DNA of 62,345 nucleotides, counting the filler, from Sphacelaria rigidula (taxonomy: Eukaryota), in NCBI GenBank assembly GCA_964200075.2. It is 4 parts of 4 records of this genome, joined end to end, with 100 filler letters (N's around TTAATTAATTAA, not from the genome) between each part and the next. Parts side by side here need not be neighbours in the genome. Positions count along the whole stretch, not along the records: positions 46,838 to 62,345 come from CAXNAA020001719.1; 3 more parts are not named here. One strand, given 5' to 3'. Under the pieces are notes generated by a model. That model saw only the letters and a program-made list of their open reading frames with translations, ran no database searches and was not told where the DNA came from. Each line of letters begins with the position of its first letter. The stretch's first letter is position 1. Both the position numbers and the translations under genes were made by a program. Shown piece by piece: positions 49,710 through 62,345 of the stretch.

Positions 49710-50188
49710 CGTTTTCGATGAATTTTTTACACGATGTACAGGATGTATGTGAAAATACCGAACCTTTTCTCCCGCGTTTTTTTTTTCGCGAATTATTGGA
49801 ATTTTTGTTCCGAAAAAACTGTTCTGAGATGTTCCGTCGCCAATGACTCACGAACAAAAAAAACACGGGAGGAAAGATTCGGTATTCGCACATACGTCCT
49901 GTACATCGTATCAAAATTTCATCGAAAACGATCCAAAATTGTGCAAAGAATATGCGTCATTCCGTCGATAACCGGTTACTTTAGTATATGGAGGTGGACC
50001 AGTTACGAATAATTCAAACGTATTTATACTGTTCAATTTCAAGCTGTTTTCGATGAAATTTTGACACGATGTACAGGACGTATGTGCGAATACCGAACCT
50101 TTCCTCTCATATATTTTTTTCTTCGTGGGTCATTCGCAGTTTCGTTCCGGAAAACTGTTCTGAAATGTTCCGTCGCCAGTAACTCACG

Positions 50189-50239
<51 letters not shown>

Positions 50240-50302
50240 GGAGGAACGAAGGGGTGTTTGTACATACGTCCTGTACATCATGCCAAAATTTCATCGAAAA
50301 CG
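49710..50302. mobile_element. Tandem pair of ~220-260-bp MITE-like hairpin elements (49710-49930, 50046-50302)
   Basis: Each begins gttttcgatgaa-ttt-acacgatgtacagga-gtatgt and ends acatacgtcctgtacatc-t--caaaatttcatcgaaaacg (inverted). The second contains an (AC)n tract at 50190-50232. Confidence 0.8.
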
Positions 50303-51786
50303 ACTGAATATTGAGCTCGGGGATTGTGCTACAGCTTGTGCGGCACCACGCGGCACAAAACTGACTGTAACCGAAAATCCAATCTCAGTCGTTTTATTTC
50401 GGCTAATTCCGCCGCACATAGTACCCTCAACTCTATACATTTTCGCACTTGACTACAGTTTGGTATTTCGTTTGATGAGACCTTGTCGGATCGCAGTGCT
50501 ATATAGATTTGAAGACGCAGCCGATTACCACGATGTGTCATAGTAGGCACAACTCGCGATACACCGTCAGTTAGAACGGGCTGAAGGAAAGTGAGCTTAT
50601 TAGGCGGCCTAGCCTGTACCTTTTCGTGGCCACCGCCGAAAAGACGGGGGGCAGAGCTTGGGCGTGTCCTGTCTGTGATTGATTGATTATACGAATCGAC
50701 GTCTAAACAACCCAGTGTTCCAAACGGTCGTGCCAAGGTGAGTCTTACTTTCTAAAGTGCACGCAAGTATGTGGGATTGCGTGCAAGCAGCTGCCGTGAA
50801 ATCAGCTTCGGTGTGGAAACATTCACCTGACTCAACAAAACCGATGGAGGTCACCTAAACAAGGCGCCCACCACTTAGATCAGTGGCCTAGAACCTCTGC
50901 AAAGGTCGTGACGGCATAGTACGATACCTTATGGGTACTTCGGGTTTCCGGGTTACTTGCAGTACCGGGTACCACAGGGTACTTGGGCGGGTACCCAGAA
51001 TATGGACACCCATAATCCATACCCTTGTATACCTTGCCCTTACTACCTGTGTATTCCGTCCCACTGTGACGATGCAATACGGCGGGTTTCGGACGGGTCA
51101 GGTAGAGCTAACGGTAAAGTTCACGGCTCGCGTGCGTCGAGCGTTGCAGACTGTGTACTCGTAACTACAACAGGCGATTGCGGCCGGCCCAAGTGATCAC
51201 GGCCGCAGCACTGCCGGACAAGCGGGAACACCATTTTTTCAGAACCGGGGCTGCCCTCTCCGGTCATCATGACTTCGCCCGTTCAGCTGGTACGAGCTAG
51301 GAGAGTTCTTGACACAGCAGGGGGTGAGCAAGCAGCACATGCTTCCGATCGGAAATCGAAACACCGTGGTTGAACTCTCTGTCACGCGCCCCGTCGCACA
51401 TGAACTTCGCAGGAACACATTTATAAGGTCACTATGGTTATTGCTGCTGCTGCTGCTGCTGCTGTCGCTGATGTCCGTTTATTTTCGTTCTTGTTCCTGT
51501 AACTTCAGACCTACCGCCTCCCATTTCCTCGGGATGAGTATGTAGTCTCAGGGGGCTGGCTATCCATTCCTCCACCGGTAGCTGCTATTCCCTATACTGC
51601 TGGGCATTGGTCTAGCGCCCCTCAGTCAATTGACGCCCGTGGACTCATCATTATTTATTGCGAAAAAACGACCAAGACGTTCTGTGTTGTTCCCAATAGT
51701 TTCACCTGCGCCCGCACGAATACACTTCAGTGTGAACTGTCATAAACATCGGTTGTCAAAAATAGACATGAAACCAACTATCATAC

Positions 51787-54700
51787 CTGCTGATATCGTT
51801 CATGTAGAAGATGGGGGGGTAGGTGTCAAGGCATGTGGCGTGGAACTGGTTGCTATCCTGCATCGTGATGCGCCCGAATGTGGGGAAATCTTTGGTAAGA
51901 TACGCCTTCTCTATCTCCTCCAATCGGGGTTCCACCACCTTCCAAGGATAACATCGAGCCGAAACGTAACGAGGAGCAAGGCGGGGTGGGAAAATGTGGG
52001 GGTTTCTGCCATCTGTCGATCAAAGGAACGGCACCGTGTGAAAGTTCGATGATGTTACGCCAGGGAAACCAGCACTCACTCCTCACACAAATTCCTGGTT
52101 CAACACTCATTTGGTGATTCACGGCAGGATGTAGTAGACGGATTTTGTTTTCCCCGACTGCATTGGCATGGTGTAAGACGGCAATGTGCCTGTCTGTCGG
52201 GCACTATTGGAGGCGGCTGAACCACTGATCCCGACGAATATCCGTCCGGGGAAGCGAAAGTGAGTAATTTGATAAAAACGTGACAGTCCCGGCCCACGCC
52301 GACGCCTACTTCATACCACCTTCATCTTGACACACTTGATCCATGATTACCCCCGCCACGAGATGAGGGCTCGTACATTCGTATGTGCGAGAGAGCTAAG
52401 ACAGTATTCCACGACATTCTAGGGCGGGAAAAAATCCTTGCAGACAAGTGGATTTCGCATTAATTCTATAGTCGAAGCAGCGTAGGAACCGATAGACCTG
52501 CAGGGAGCACAGAATGTCGTCCAAGGCCAAAATATAGATGGGGTTTAGTCACACGCCATACTCCGAGCGACGCTTGAAACGTCCCAGTATTTCAGAGGTT
52601 GGAGCTGCTGCAAGATCAGAGCTTGACCTCAATTGCACCACCACCGTGTTCATCAAGTACTTAAAAAACACGAACGACGCGTATTTGTGTTTCGTGAGCG
52701 GGGACAAAAGGCCGGGGGAACAAGCTCTTCCAGACAACATATTGTTTTTGTTCCTTAACGAAAAACAAAACTTGGATGCGGATAGGCTATATTTGAAGGC
52801 AGACCCCCGGGGATCAAATATGGTCGTAGGTCCAAGCCCCGAGTATCCATCAGCCACCCATATGAAAGAGCGGGCATGCGCATTGGCCTTTGTGGGTGAT
52901 TGAGCTGCGCCAAGCGTGATATGACAGCCAGGGATAAGACAAGATAAAAGTTGTGGCCCGGCGAAAAAAAGTTGTTGGCTTGTTCATCAAAGCTGCACTG
53001 TCTTGTCTGTCTGTACCACTCTGCCCTCTGTGGATGCCCCCCAAAAGGATGTGAGGGGTGATTGATTTGCTGTACCCTCATCCTGCAATGTTGGGTGCCC
53101 ACAAAAATATCCTTTACTAGAACGCCGGCGCCCGGGCTTCGAGACCGGCTCTAGGTCTCAGGCCCGGGAATCCCTGAGTCGCCCACATCCTGGAGCGCAT
53201 AAGTGCGTTGGGATGGGATTTCGGTGAACGTTCTTTTATGAAGCTTGATAGTGCCGGGGGTGATGAAAGTTGTAACCCCACTTTTAAAAGACGTGTATCT
53301 AAACTTCGTCTGCGTGGCGCATGCCTGAAAACGTGGCCCAAGTTTGCGAGGCTGAAATGTGCTGCGGCGTGTGTTGATCGTACAACATGAAAATTGTTTG
53401 TCACGGTCCCCCCCGGATCGATATCCGCACGGGATCAGTGATACAGCTAGCTCTCTCGACCTGTGTTCGCTGCACTTGAGAATTGAAAACAAGTTCTCCC
53501 CCTTGATGCGATTGCATGCACGACAGAACCGCATCAATGCTACGTGAAACCTGCCCCCAACACCTGTAGCATAACGATCGCACGGAGTGCACCCACCTCT
53601 TTGGCTCGGAACCGCAACAGTGCGCTCGTTTCGACACTTGTAGACATGCCTGCATGGGGGTAAGAAGCGCCGATTCCATTGTTAGCAATTTGCAAAGGGG
53701 CAAAGGTCGGGTGCGCAGAGAGGGCATTGGGAAGGGAGGGAGGGAATGGTCCTGATCGAAAGCAAATCATTTTGTCGGAGCCGAGCAACGTTGCACTGCT
53801 GTAACCCCAGGTCAGGACACGGGCTAAAGGGGGGGCGTACTCATTTGTTGCTTGCCTTAGTCATTTGACCATTGACCACGCATCCCTTTCGAGACGGAGC
53901 ACGGGCTAAAGGGGTGGGTAGATGTAAAGCGTGCTCCTGGGCACATTTCCAAAAGGACAATAAAAGGGTGGAAGATGGACGAATCCAAGAGCCGGGCACC
54001 ATCTGCTCATGACCAACGCGAGACGCGGGAAGTTTGTCAGGGAAATGCGGAAATATCGCTGCGTTGACCATACGAAGGCTGGCAACATGGGTGTGCTAGT
54101 GGAAGCCGCAGCCCATCTGAAACGCCATGTACAACATACTGTACCTGCAGGATACGTACCCAGTACTGCCAACTCTGAACTGTAGTCAGCATCCATGATA
54201 GCTCACTGGGTGTGTGCTCATGAGCATAAGCTTTACAAAGGGAATTGGCCCATACTTGAGATACGCCTGTCGCCTAAAATGGCCCGAAAAATCTACCACA
54301 TCACAAGCTACCTTCCTTTGAATTTCACGGGGTTATGATGAATCTATTGCACGCTGTCAGCTTCCGTTGCACATGTTCTTCCCTGGCTATCAGCACACGA
54401 GACTGACAGCGGGAGCGTCCGACCCTCAAAACCCCTGCCCATTGCATCACCCCCACGTGACGGTCCCAGCACAAAGGAGAACAACAGCAGTCGGCCAATA
54501 GAAACATCAACCCCCGGCGCAGACCGTTGAGTCACCAGAAAAAAAAAAGGAGCATCAGCGCACCTGCCGTGCTTGAAGTGTCCTTCTTGTCTGCAGAGAC
54601 CACCAAAATAAGCGCTCGAATTTCTGGCCAGTGCCCTTCATCTGCCACCTGTCCAAAACCAACACAAGGTGCCCATCGAAGTACATCGAATCAATCCTTC

Positions 54701-57700
54701 AAGAACCACGGGAATCTTTCACGAAAATCAAGCCTGTTTCGAAGATTGACCATGTAGTCTGGGCATCACGGCGGGGGTGCAGGGGGAAACACGTTGCAAA
54801 TGCGCATAAGACTGCGGCTAACCGAATTTGGGCAAAATTCACCGGGAATATCCATGAGAGAGTTGAGTTATGAGATGGTCAATGTCTCTGGTCGTCAGCG
54901 TTTTCCTAGAGCGACCAATGCGCACTCTGTGTGCTGATACCATTACTTGACTCATGCATGATGGATGAAATAGTGCTACAGTGACAAAATACATCCGTAG
55001 GTGGTGTACATGGGCCCAAATGCACACGTAGGGTTACCACGGCACTGGTATAGCGTTGGTTCCTTTAGGGTTCGCATTGTTCCGCCGTGGTAGGTGACGG
55101 AACGACACATGAAACTCTGCGCCCCGCTTGGTAGAAGAGACTACCAAGTGGGGGCACAAGCATGCACGACGCACTATGCTCTCACAAGATTCAATTGCCG
55201 TTTCACTGAACGGGATGCATGACGATTAACCACGTGTGGAATCCGGTAATACATACGGCATATGTCCGGGGAGCTCTAACCGGCAGAGGGAAAACGTCGA
55301 TACCGCCGGAACGTATCGTTCCATCGCTATCACCGTGTAAAAATGTTGAATGGAGTTGCTAGCGATACGTACAGGCAAAACTTGCGGTGACGACTATCTA
55401 CAACGTACGCACGGTAGATCGCATCATTATTAGGTCGACTATATTTATATTCAAATGTGATGACGAAAATCGTCATGCTCGATTTTCCACCCCCGGTCGT
55501 CGCCTCCTTATCGTCACCGGCGCCTTGTAACCCTACAACAATCATGAGACATCACGGCGTTTGAGTACGCTGCGGGGCTATTCCTGCAATCACCTGAATG
55601 GCGATGCTATCCTTCGCGTCTTCCCGCTCTCCCTTCTGCCACTTCACAAAACCCCCGTACAGGCTGTTGAAAAACAAGAGCGGTCAAGACATCAAACACG
55701 CACCCATGAAAACACACGCAGATGAAGCGGCAAACAAGCACATGTGAACACCTCAAGCACGTGTGTGGCACACGGGAGAGCATTCCTACAAACACACGAT
55801 TCCCTCGTGCTTCATGAAACAACAAGAATGGCATAACACAGAACAGAACACGCGCATGCACAACACGCAGGCAGACAAGGCGATGAAGATGGACAACGCA
55901 ATAATCACACAGAAATACACACACACACACAACATGCTGCAAAAAATACGTCTGGTACCACCCCCCTGGAAAACAAGCGAATGATTATACAACCGACTCG
56001 CGGACTGCACTGTGAGCTACGGCGTACACGACCACCATGCGAGAAACGTTTCGGATCTCAAGAACTCGTCACACAGGAGTGACTCAATACTGGGAGGGGG
56101 AGGGGGGGGTATGCGACGCACCCCAGTACGGTACTCCGGGTACCGGTGCAGTACCTAAAATGGCGAAAGCTTACGGCCCGGAGATGTTGTTCAGGCGGAT
56201 GGGGGGGGGTTACACAGCGTGTGTGACACGCCGCAATCTACGGTACTGCGGCAAAGTTGGAAACATCACAGAGGCTCGGACGATTGTGAAACATGATTCC
56301 CTTTGACCGGTGTTATGGGGTGTCCTACTGTCGACGCCGAATTGTATGCATGGGGATACAAGCCCCACAGTAGGTGGTAATCCCTACGCAAGTTCTACTC
56401 AGCATGAATTGGTTACTCTCTCACTGCAGCTCCGTCCATCTGTTCGTGCGATAGCTAATCGTGTGCTCAACCGCCAGAAGCTCAGATTCATGTCGTTTAT
56501 CGCTCGACAATATCGCTCGATGACTCTCGCACACACCCCGAGACATCGGTCCAAACGCAGAGCACAGGGGAAATTTATTGGGTCGAGTGAGTCTGTGGGA
56601 GTAGCTAGGTTGCGTCTAGCGACCACTGAAGAATCCCGACAAGACATACCAGCTTGTGGCTAACGGCTACAGGCCTACGCGCCGACGGCAAATTATTCAT
56701 CCATGTGTCTACGAAAGACTGTTGACTATGAGTCTGAGAAATACCGGTAGTCTAATATACACACAACACAAAATAAATGCACATCTAAGCACGGCCCAAA
56801 GTCAACCCACAAAAAGATCAAGATGCGGACAAATGACTCCCGTCGCCAGAACACCACAGACGAACGAGAACAGGATGGGAAAAACATGTCCCACCTTCGA
56901 CACGCGCTCCCCGACCCCTGCCTAGCTATGGCCGACAGCTCTCCCTCGAAAGACTCCTTCGCGTTGAACAGCTTCGACAGGGAGAACGCTGAAGGGGAAG
57001 AAAATGGCGAAGAGTAGCACCGTTTAGACGCATGAACACGTGAGACATATTCATCATGTAAGCAACAGAGACGATGATGTGACAACAACAAAAACGAACG
57101 AAGAGCACCGGCGGGTGAAGAGCGTGGACGGTACACAACGCTAAAAAGTTAAAGGTAGTAGCGTCCGACGTTGCAAGAGCTAGGTTCTCTCGAGAGTGCT
57201 AGACGCTAACACACACAGGCAGCCTTTGCTATCAATATTCCGTGTAAGCAAGACAGCAGTCGAGAACAGCAAAAGATATTGAAGAATAAAATAAAAGCCA
57301 CGAAAAAGGACAGATGAACCAGGCATACAGGACCATCGGGGCAGACCGAATGCTGCATAGCACCAACACGAGTGCCTCATATTTCAACAACATAAGCAGC
57401 GAGGACCGAACCACAGCTTGCAGTGCAGAGCCAAAGTATCGTGCGGGATGCTGGGCGTTGTTCCATCCCCGTAGCTTTTCTGATCGTGAAATGGTCGGTC
57501 GCAAGATTGGACAAGACTTCCGTAGCCAGCAAACACGAAAAATCGTCTCCCAAGAAAACGTCAAAATGTTACCGCCAGAAGAAATGAAAGAAACGAGTCA
57601 TTCTCGTTGTGACAAATGGTACACGGAATCCACAAAGGAGGACCCTATCCATTTCATCTTTGACCGCACCGACTAGAGATAGCTGAAAAAGATCTAATGC

Positions 57701-60700
57701 ACTAGTTGCAGATATGGACAGGGACAATAGAAGAGCCTAGCCCTCTCAGGGAGGCATGGATAATAACTCACTTAGGCAAGCCAACCCAGCGGCGGACGAG
57801 GCAAGGCCGGCCGCCGTGGGGAACGTGTTTCGGGACGCGATGCGGACTCTGTAGTGTTGCCAGTCGTCAGCTGCGACGATCACCTCCCCCGTAGCCTCAT
57901 CTTTCTGCCAGCCCGGGTACACATACAACATGCGAAAAGATGGAGGGATGGAACACAAGTAGAGCGACTTTGGTAGTGCAGCGGGCGAACAACAGGAGGC
58001 GAGGAACGCTTGATCTTTTGGGGACTGGAATCCTCTAGGCTGGAGCTTTCCAGACTGATGATTTTATAATAAAGTTGGGTTGTTACGTTTCTGGTTCCTA
58101 TCCGATAAATTCGCCAAAATGCCGGATTATCAGATCTTTGAACCATTCATTGGTTTAAATGGAAACCATGGTTGATCGCTTGGCTGTCTCTTGTGCATGC
58201 ACACAAGTGCGACGAATATCAGTACAGATGGTTACAAGACACAAAGCATTCAGTATACCATCACTCAGCAGTCTCCTCCAAGCACATGCTCACCATTATC
58301 CGCACCGAGCAGCGCACACATCGTATAGTAGCAGTGGATAATCCTACGGTGCGAGTGGCGCTGTACTTCACTGGCGGTGATTTTGCTGCATGTGCTGCAG
58401 CCGCGAGCTGGGCCATGAACCACTTTACTTGACACCCGCATCCCCTGCTTGCATTTGCATGCTTCTGGTCTGCCCACGACGGCTCCTTCATTTCTGCATG
58501 GACGATGCAATAAACTACACAGCTAACAGCATGTACGTGTCCATGAAGTATACGTGGCCTACCACCGCCACCACCCCAGGACCACTTCCAGCAAGCGGGA
58601 ATTAGTGTGCATACACCCACTTGAGGCGCAGAATGGGCAGCATGTAATCGATTAACGGAGGAAATATGGTCGGTCTAGACCAAAGATTGGTTGTTGTTGT
58701 TGACTCAGCTCATAGTGCCGTAAGTGTACAAAGAGCGCAACATAGCTCTTCGCGATTCATTCACGTGTAGCAAAAAAAAGCCGTCGCGTGCACGACAGAG
58801 CATGCCTGGGGTGCTTTGCAAGCACGGAGAGCAGGGTCCTTGCATATATGACCATTGTTATCATTCACCGTGCGTAGCACACAAGAGTATAATACCGCAC
58901 GAGGTATTGCAAGTTTGAATGTCATAGTGCATGACGTGATTCTGACGAGGGCTATACACAAACGCGACGCCCTGTACGAGGGAACTGGCGCTATAGTAGT
59001 GGAACGGACGAGGCAAAGAGTGGAAGTTTGACGATATTCTCACACTAGTGCCATGGAACACATTTCACGCGGAGCGTGCTACTATTGGATTAAACTGGCC
59101 CAACCACAGATGGATGCCTGCTTCGTATGCGCATCCCATATAGTTTCAAACACTCTCTTTATCCTCCGTCAACCATGGGCGTCTGCGAATAATGAGGCGT
59201 AGTGCCCGTAGATGGAACGGAAGGATTCGGAAAGGGTTGATGCCCCCCTCATGATGGGGATGTGCATCAGGTATAAGCCCATATCGATATATCGAGATTA
59301 CAATATTATTCAGTAGGTCAGGCCCATTTGGGTGCAGGAAATTGGGGATGGGGTTTAATATATCGAAAGGTATATACATACATCAGGCCTATTTTGTAGT
59401 GGTGCACATCTCTACTTCATGGACTGTGAAATGTGTCCATTTGAGCCTCGATGTACATCACTTGACAGCTCGTTCTACTCGTTTTTTTCGCGCGCTGATG
59501 CTCCCGTAGTAAACATCTTGAATAACACGCATTCGAAGGGTTAACGACGAATGCACCGTTCAACTGCCCTGTCTCATGTTCCTCAGCCGAGCTTCAACAT
59601 GGTTTGCCCCCCATCCCTCGCACCCCCCGAGCTGCACTTTGCGCAGCGTTGCAGTTCGTGGAGATCATGTGGACACAAACATATCTGCAACATAGTTGGA
59701 AAAACGATGACTAAGTTGATCGTATTCATTGCGTGGGGCTAATGCCGTGAGGGTGGTGACCGTACCTTTTCTGTGGCCAAAGCGCGCACGTGCCGGATGA
59801 CGGCCTGGAACCTCTTGTTCTTGGAAACGTCCTCCTCACTGGTACATGTGTCCACGCGCACAATAAACAAAAACCAGGTGAACGAGGTGACAAAAACGGG
59901 CAGAGCGGAAAAAGAGAGAACGTATGTTCAGCAAGCACGACATTAATGAAGAGCACAGAAGAGGGCAACAACGGGAGAGAAGAAGAAAGGCCTGCAATAC
60001 GGAAGACGAAAACATCTGCCCATGATGTGGACAAGACTAGCCTCCCTGCGGAGGAAAGCACAACAACGCACGGATGAATAAAGAGACTACCGAGCGCTGC
60101 TTCTGTGGTGTTGAACTAATAGGTATTGACAACACAAGGATCGACATGGGCACCAAAATCTATGGATTAAAAACATGTCGTACAGCCGGTACTACCGCCG
60201 CGCCCCAGGTGGTACAACCGGTATTGCACACCAAACACCAACAAGTAGCTAGAGTACAGTGGGAAGGTTGCATGCTCAAATCCCGCCAGATGAAGTACAG
60301 TATTTCACAGCAGGATCAAGTTTTCTTCGCTGAAAGCATGAGGACGCGAGCAGCACAGAAAGACTCGGCGAGAGCCGACGGGGTGCGCGGGAGTGCTTAT
60401 CCAATCCTCAAAAATAAAACGCAACGCATGTACCGCGGAGAGATGGGTTGGTGTCTTGAGTCAACGGGTTCTTATCGAGGAGGGGGAGGGCGAGAGGGGG
60501 GAGGGGTGAACTCAAGACGAGAAAACAAATCAGAAAACAAGGAGGTCAGCACATCAGACGACCATCACGCTCCTTTCCGGGGGTTGAGGTGCCTTCTCCA
60601 GTGAAGTAAGACTGCGATTCCTCACGTGCGGTGCCCCGACCATAAAATTGTAGTGGGGGGGGTCAAAATTGCTGGCGGCATGTCGGATCCGCTATACCTT

Positions 60701-61294
60701 TATCAGGTAGATTACACTACACCTCTACAGTCGCGCGCCCCACCATGGTGCGATCGGGCCAAACAGGCAACCCATCGCACAGTAGTGCGGGCCTCGCTGT
60801 AACGCATCATTAGCCATTTCCTTGAAGCAGAATCCCTCCAGGTTCAACGCTCTCATGGGTGCCACGATGGTGGACCTACTGCCTGAGTTTTTTCTAGCGA
60901 CCTCGGATGCGGATTTCAATACAGGTACGAGCATCTGAACAGGTGACCGCGGCCTGTTTAGCGCGACGACCAATATCCATCATTTGATGCAAAACGATTA
61001 GGGTGTGTAAGGGAACAGGTGACGACTGCGCAATAAAATAAAATATCTTCTTACCTGCAATGAGCAGGGTGCAACACACTGCCGTGCCAAACCATGGAAA
61101 TACTACAGCAACAGTGATGACATTGCAAAAAAAAAAAAAACGTGCTCGTCTATATGTGCTGTTGTTATCAATATCCTCGGAGGCACTAGTTTTCATGTAC
61201 ATCAAGTGCAGCTCGCTCACGTTCCGTTGAGCCAGAGCTGGTCTTTCTTGAAGTCTTTGCTTGCAGCCACAGTCGTGATAGCCCGCAGATCGTC
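51787..61294 (-). CDS. MVD: Diphosphomevalonate decarboxylase (GHMP family), partial: 8 internal exons; 5' and 3' exons not found on this contig
   Basis: complement(join 61221..61294, 59766..59838, 57772..57904, 56895..56988, 55594..55663, 54564..54648, 53597..53649, 51787..51938), GT..AG with consistent phases. Reads [28 protein letters not shown]...[24 protein letters not shown]...[24 protein letters not shown]...[102 protein letters not shown], which carries the canonical MVD/ERG19 motifs. The NIAxIKYWGK and YTFDAGPN exons were not seen. Confidence 0.93.
53867..53901 (+). repeat. Short dispersed repeat, related subfamily, in an MVD intron
   Basis: Identical to the copy at ~18329-18363. 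Confidence 0.8.
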
Positions 61295-62345
61295 CTGCCA
61301 TGTGGTTCGGTACGACCGACACGAAAGGTCACCAAGGGCGACGGGTCACTCACGCACAACAAGCAGACGCAAATGCGAAAGTAAAAAATCAGCTCAATGT
61401 AACGCATCAACGTTAACGAAACCAAGCGAGACTTTCCCACGGAAAACCGACCCTCGTAAGCCAACACAGAACACGGAACGTTTAGCTCACACTTGAAGAA
61501 CGATGTATCATACAACAAATCACACAGGACAAATCGACGCCGTTCAGCCAGGCAACGGGGATCGCACATAACCCCTGTCCGCTGGCGGGATGAGGGATCT
61601 CACCGGTGTATAGAGGTGAATACAAGAGAACGAAAATACAGATGGGCTAGATGTATCATATCTTGGGGGAAGGAGTGAATGAAACGACGGTATGGCTTGT
61701 GCCACGAAAAACCCTCACTCTTTAAATTCCCCGCTCCCCTCACCCTGGAAGACTTTCATACGTGCGATCTTAGTGGCAGTGAAGTCGACGCTCCGAGAGG
61801 AGGACAGCCACGTCAACATCACTGGCGATGAAACTCCCCCAGGCTACATGACAAAAACACACGTCCGAAAATGTCTACACAAAGACGGCGTTGCGTTACA
61901 CACTATTCGTCCTCGCGAGTCAGACAGTCATATTCCACCTATTCAACTTTAAGCAGCGCTGCGTCACTAGTCTGCGCTGTGTCAACCGCATCCTCACACA
62001 TTTTTTACCTTCTGCGCTGATTCTCCCAGCGCTCTACTAAATAAATCTACACACGGGCGGGAAACAATAAACCGCAAGCCCACGGATCCAGCGGCACCAC
62101 AACCATTGTGATAAACGACGTACGTAAAATCATTTTCCCTACAGTATTCTTACTGAAGCGCGACATCCTCATGCATGTCCGTTCTTGAACCACGTTATAA
62201 CTACATTCCGAACTAGTGACGTAAAATATTTGACGGCATCATCTCAATTCCTCAATCCCGACACCCAATGTTGGAGGTGTCTCTATTGAGAGTAGGAACG
62301 GTGCTCCGTCTCGAAAGGGATGCGCGGCCAATGGTCAAACGACCA

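Noticed and set aside
33358..61294. GMD plus MVD as a metabolic gene cluster
   Set aside because: They are on different contigs separated by an artificial spacer.

Overview
Intron-rich eukaryotic nuclear DNA, most likely a brown alga (Phaeophyceae). The taxon is inferred from a short brown-algal-type GDP-mannose dehydrogenase and from short exons separated by 0.2-5 kb introns. The window is not one locus. It is four contigs (1-15514, 15615-31126, 31227-46737, 46838-62345; lengths 15514/15512/15511/15508) joined by artificial N44-TTAATTAATTAA-N44 spacers, so adjacency across spacers means nothing. Almost all ORF-track ORFs are spurious; real genes appear only after manual splicing. Contig 3 holds a complete 9-exon, 315-aa GDP-mannose 6-dehydrogenase gene (alginate precursor; + strand, 33358-43363). 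Contig 4 holds 8 internal exons of diphosphomevalonate decarboxylase (- strand). Contig 2 holds a minus-strand exon chain encoding ankyrin repeats, a long low-complexity linker and a kinase-fold domain whose catalytic motifs are degenerate (HRD->CGE, DFG->SFC, no Gly loop), a candidate ANK-pseudokinase. Contig 1 holds a lone kinase C-terminal exon that runs into a ~330-bp-arm inverted repeat, bracketed by an old inverted pair of repeats. The rest is MITE/foldback elements, a dispersed short repeat found at contig ends, a palindromic minisatellite, microsatellites and unidentified decayed TE-like sequence. I found no CRISPR array, rRNA or credible tRNA gene.
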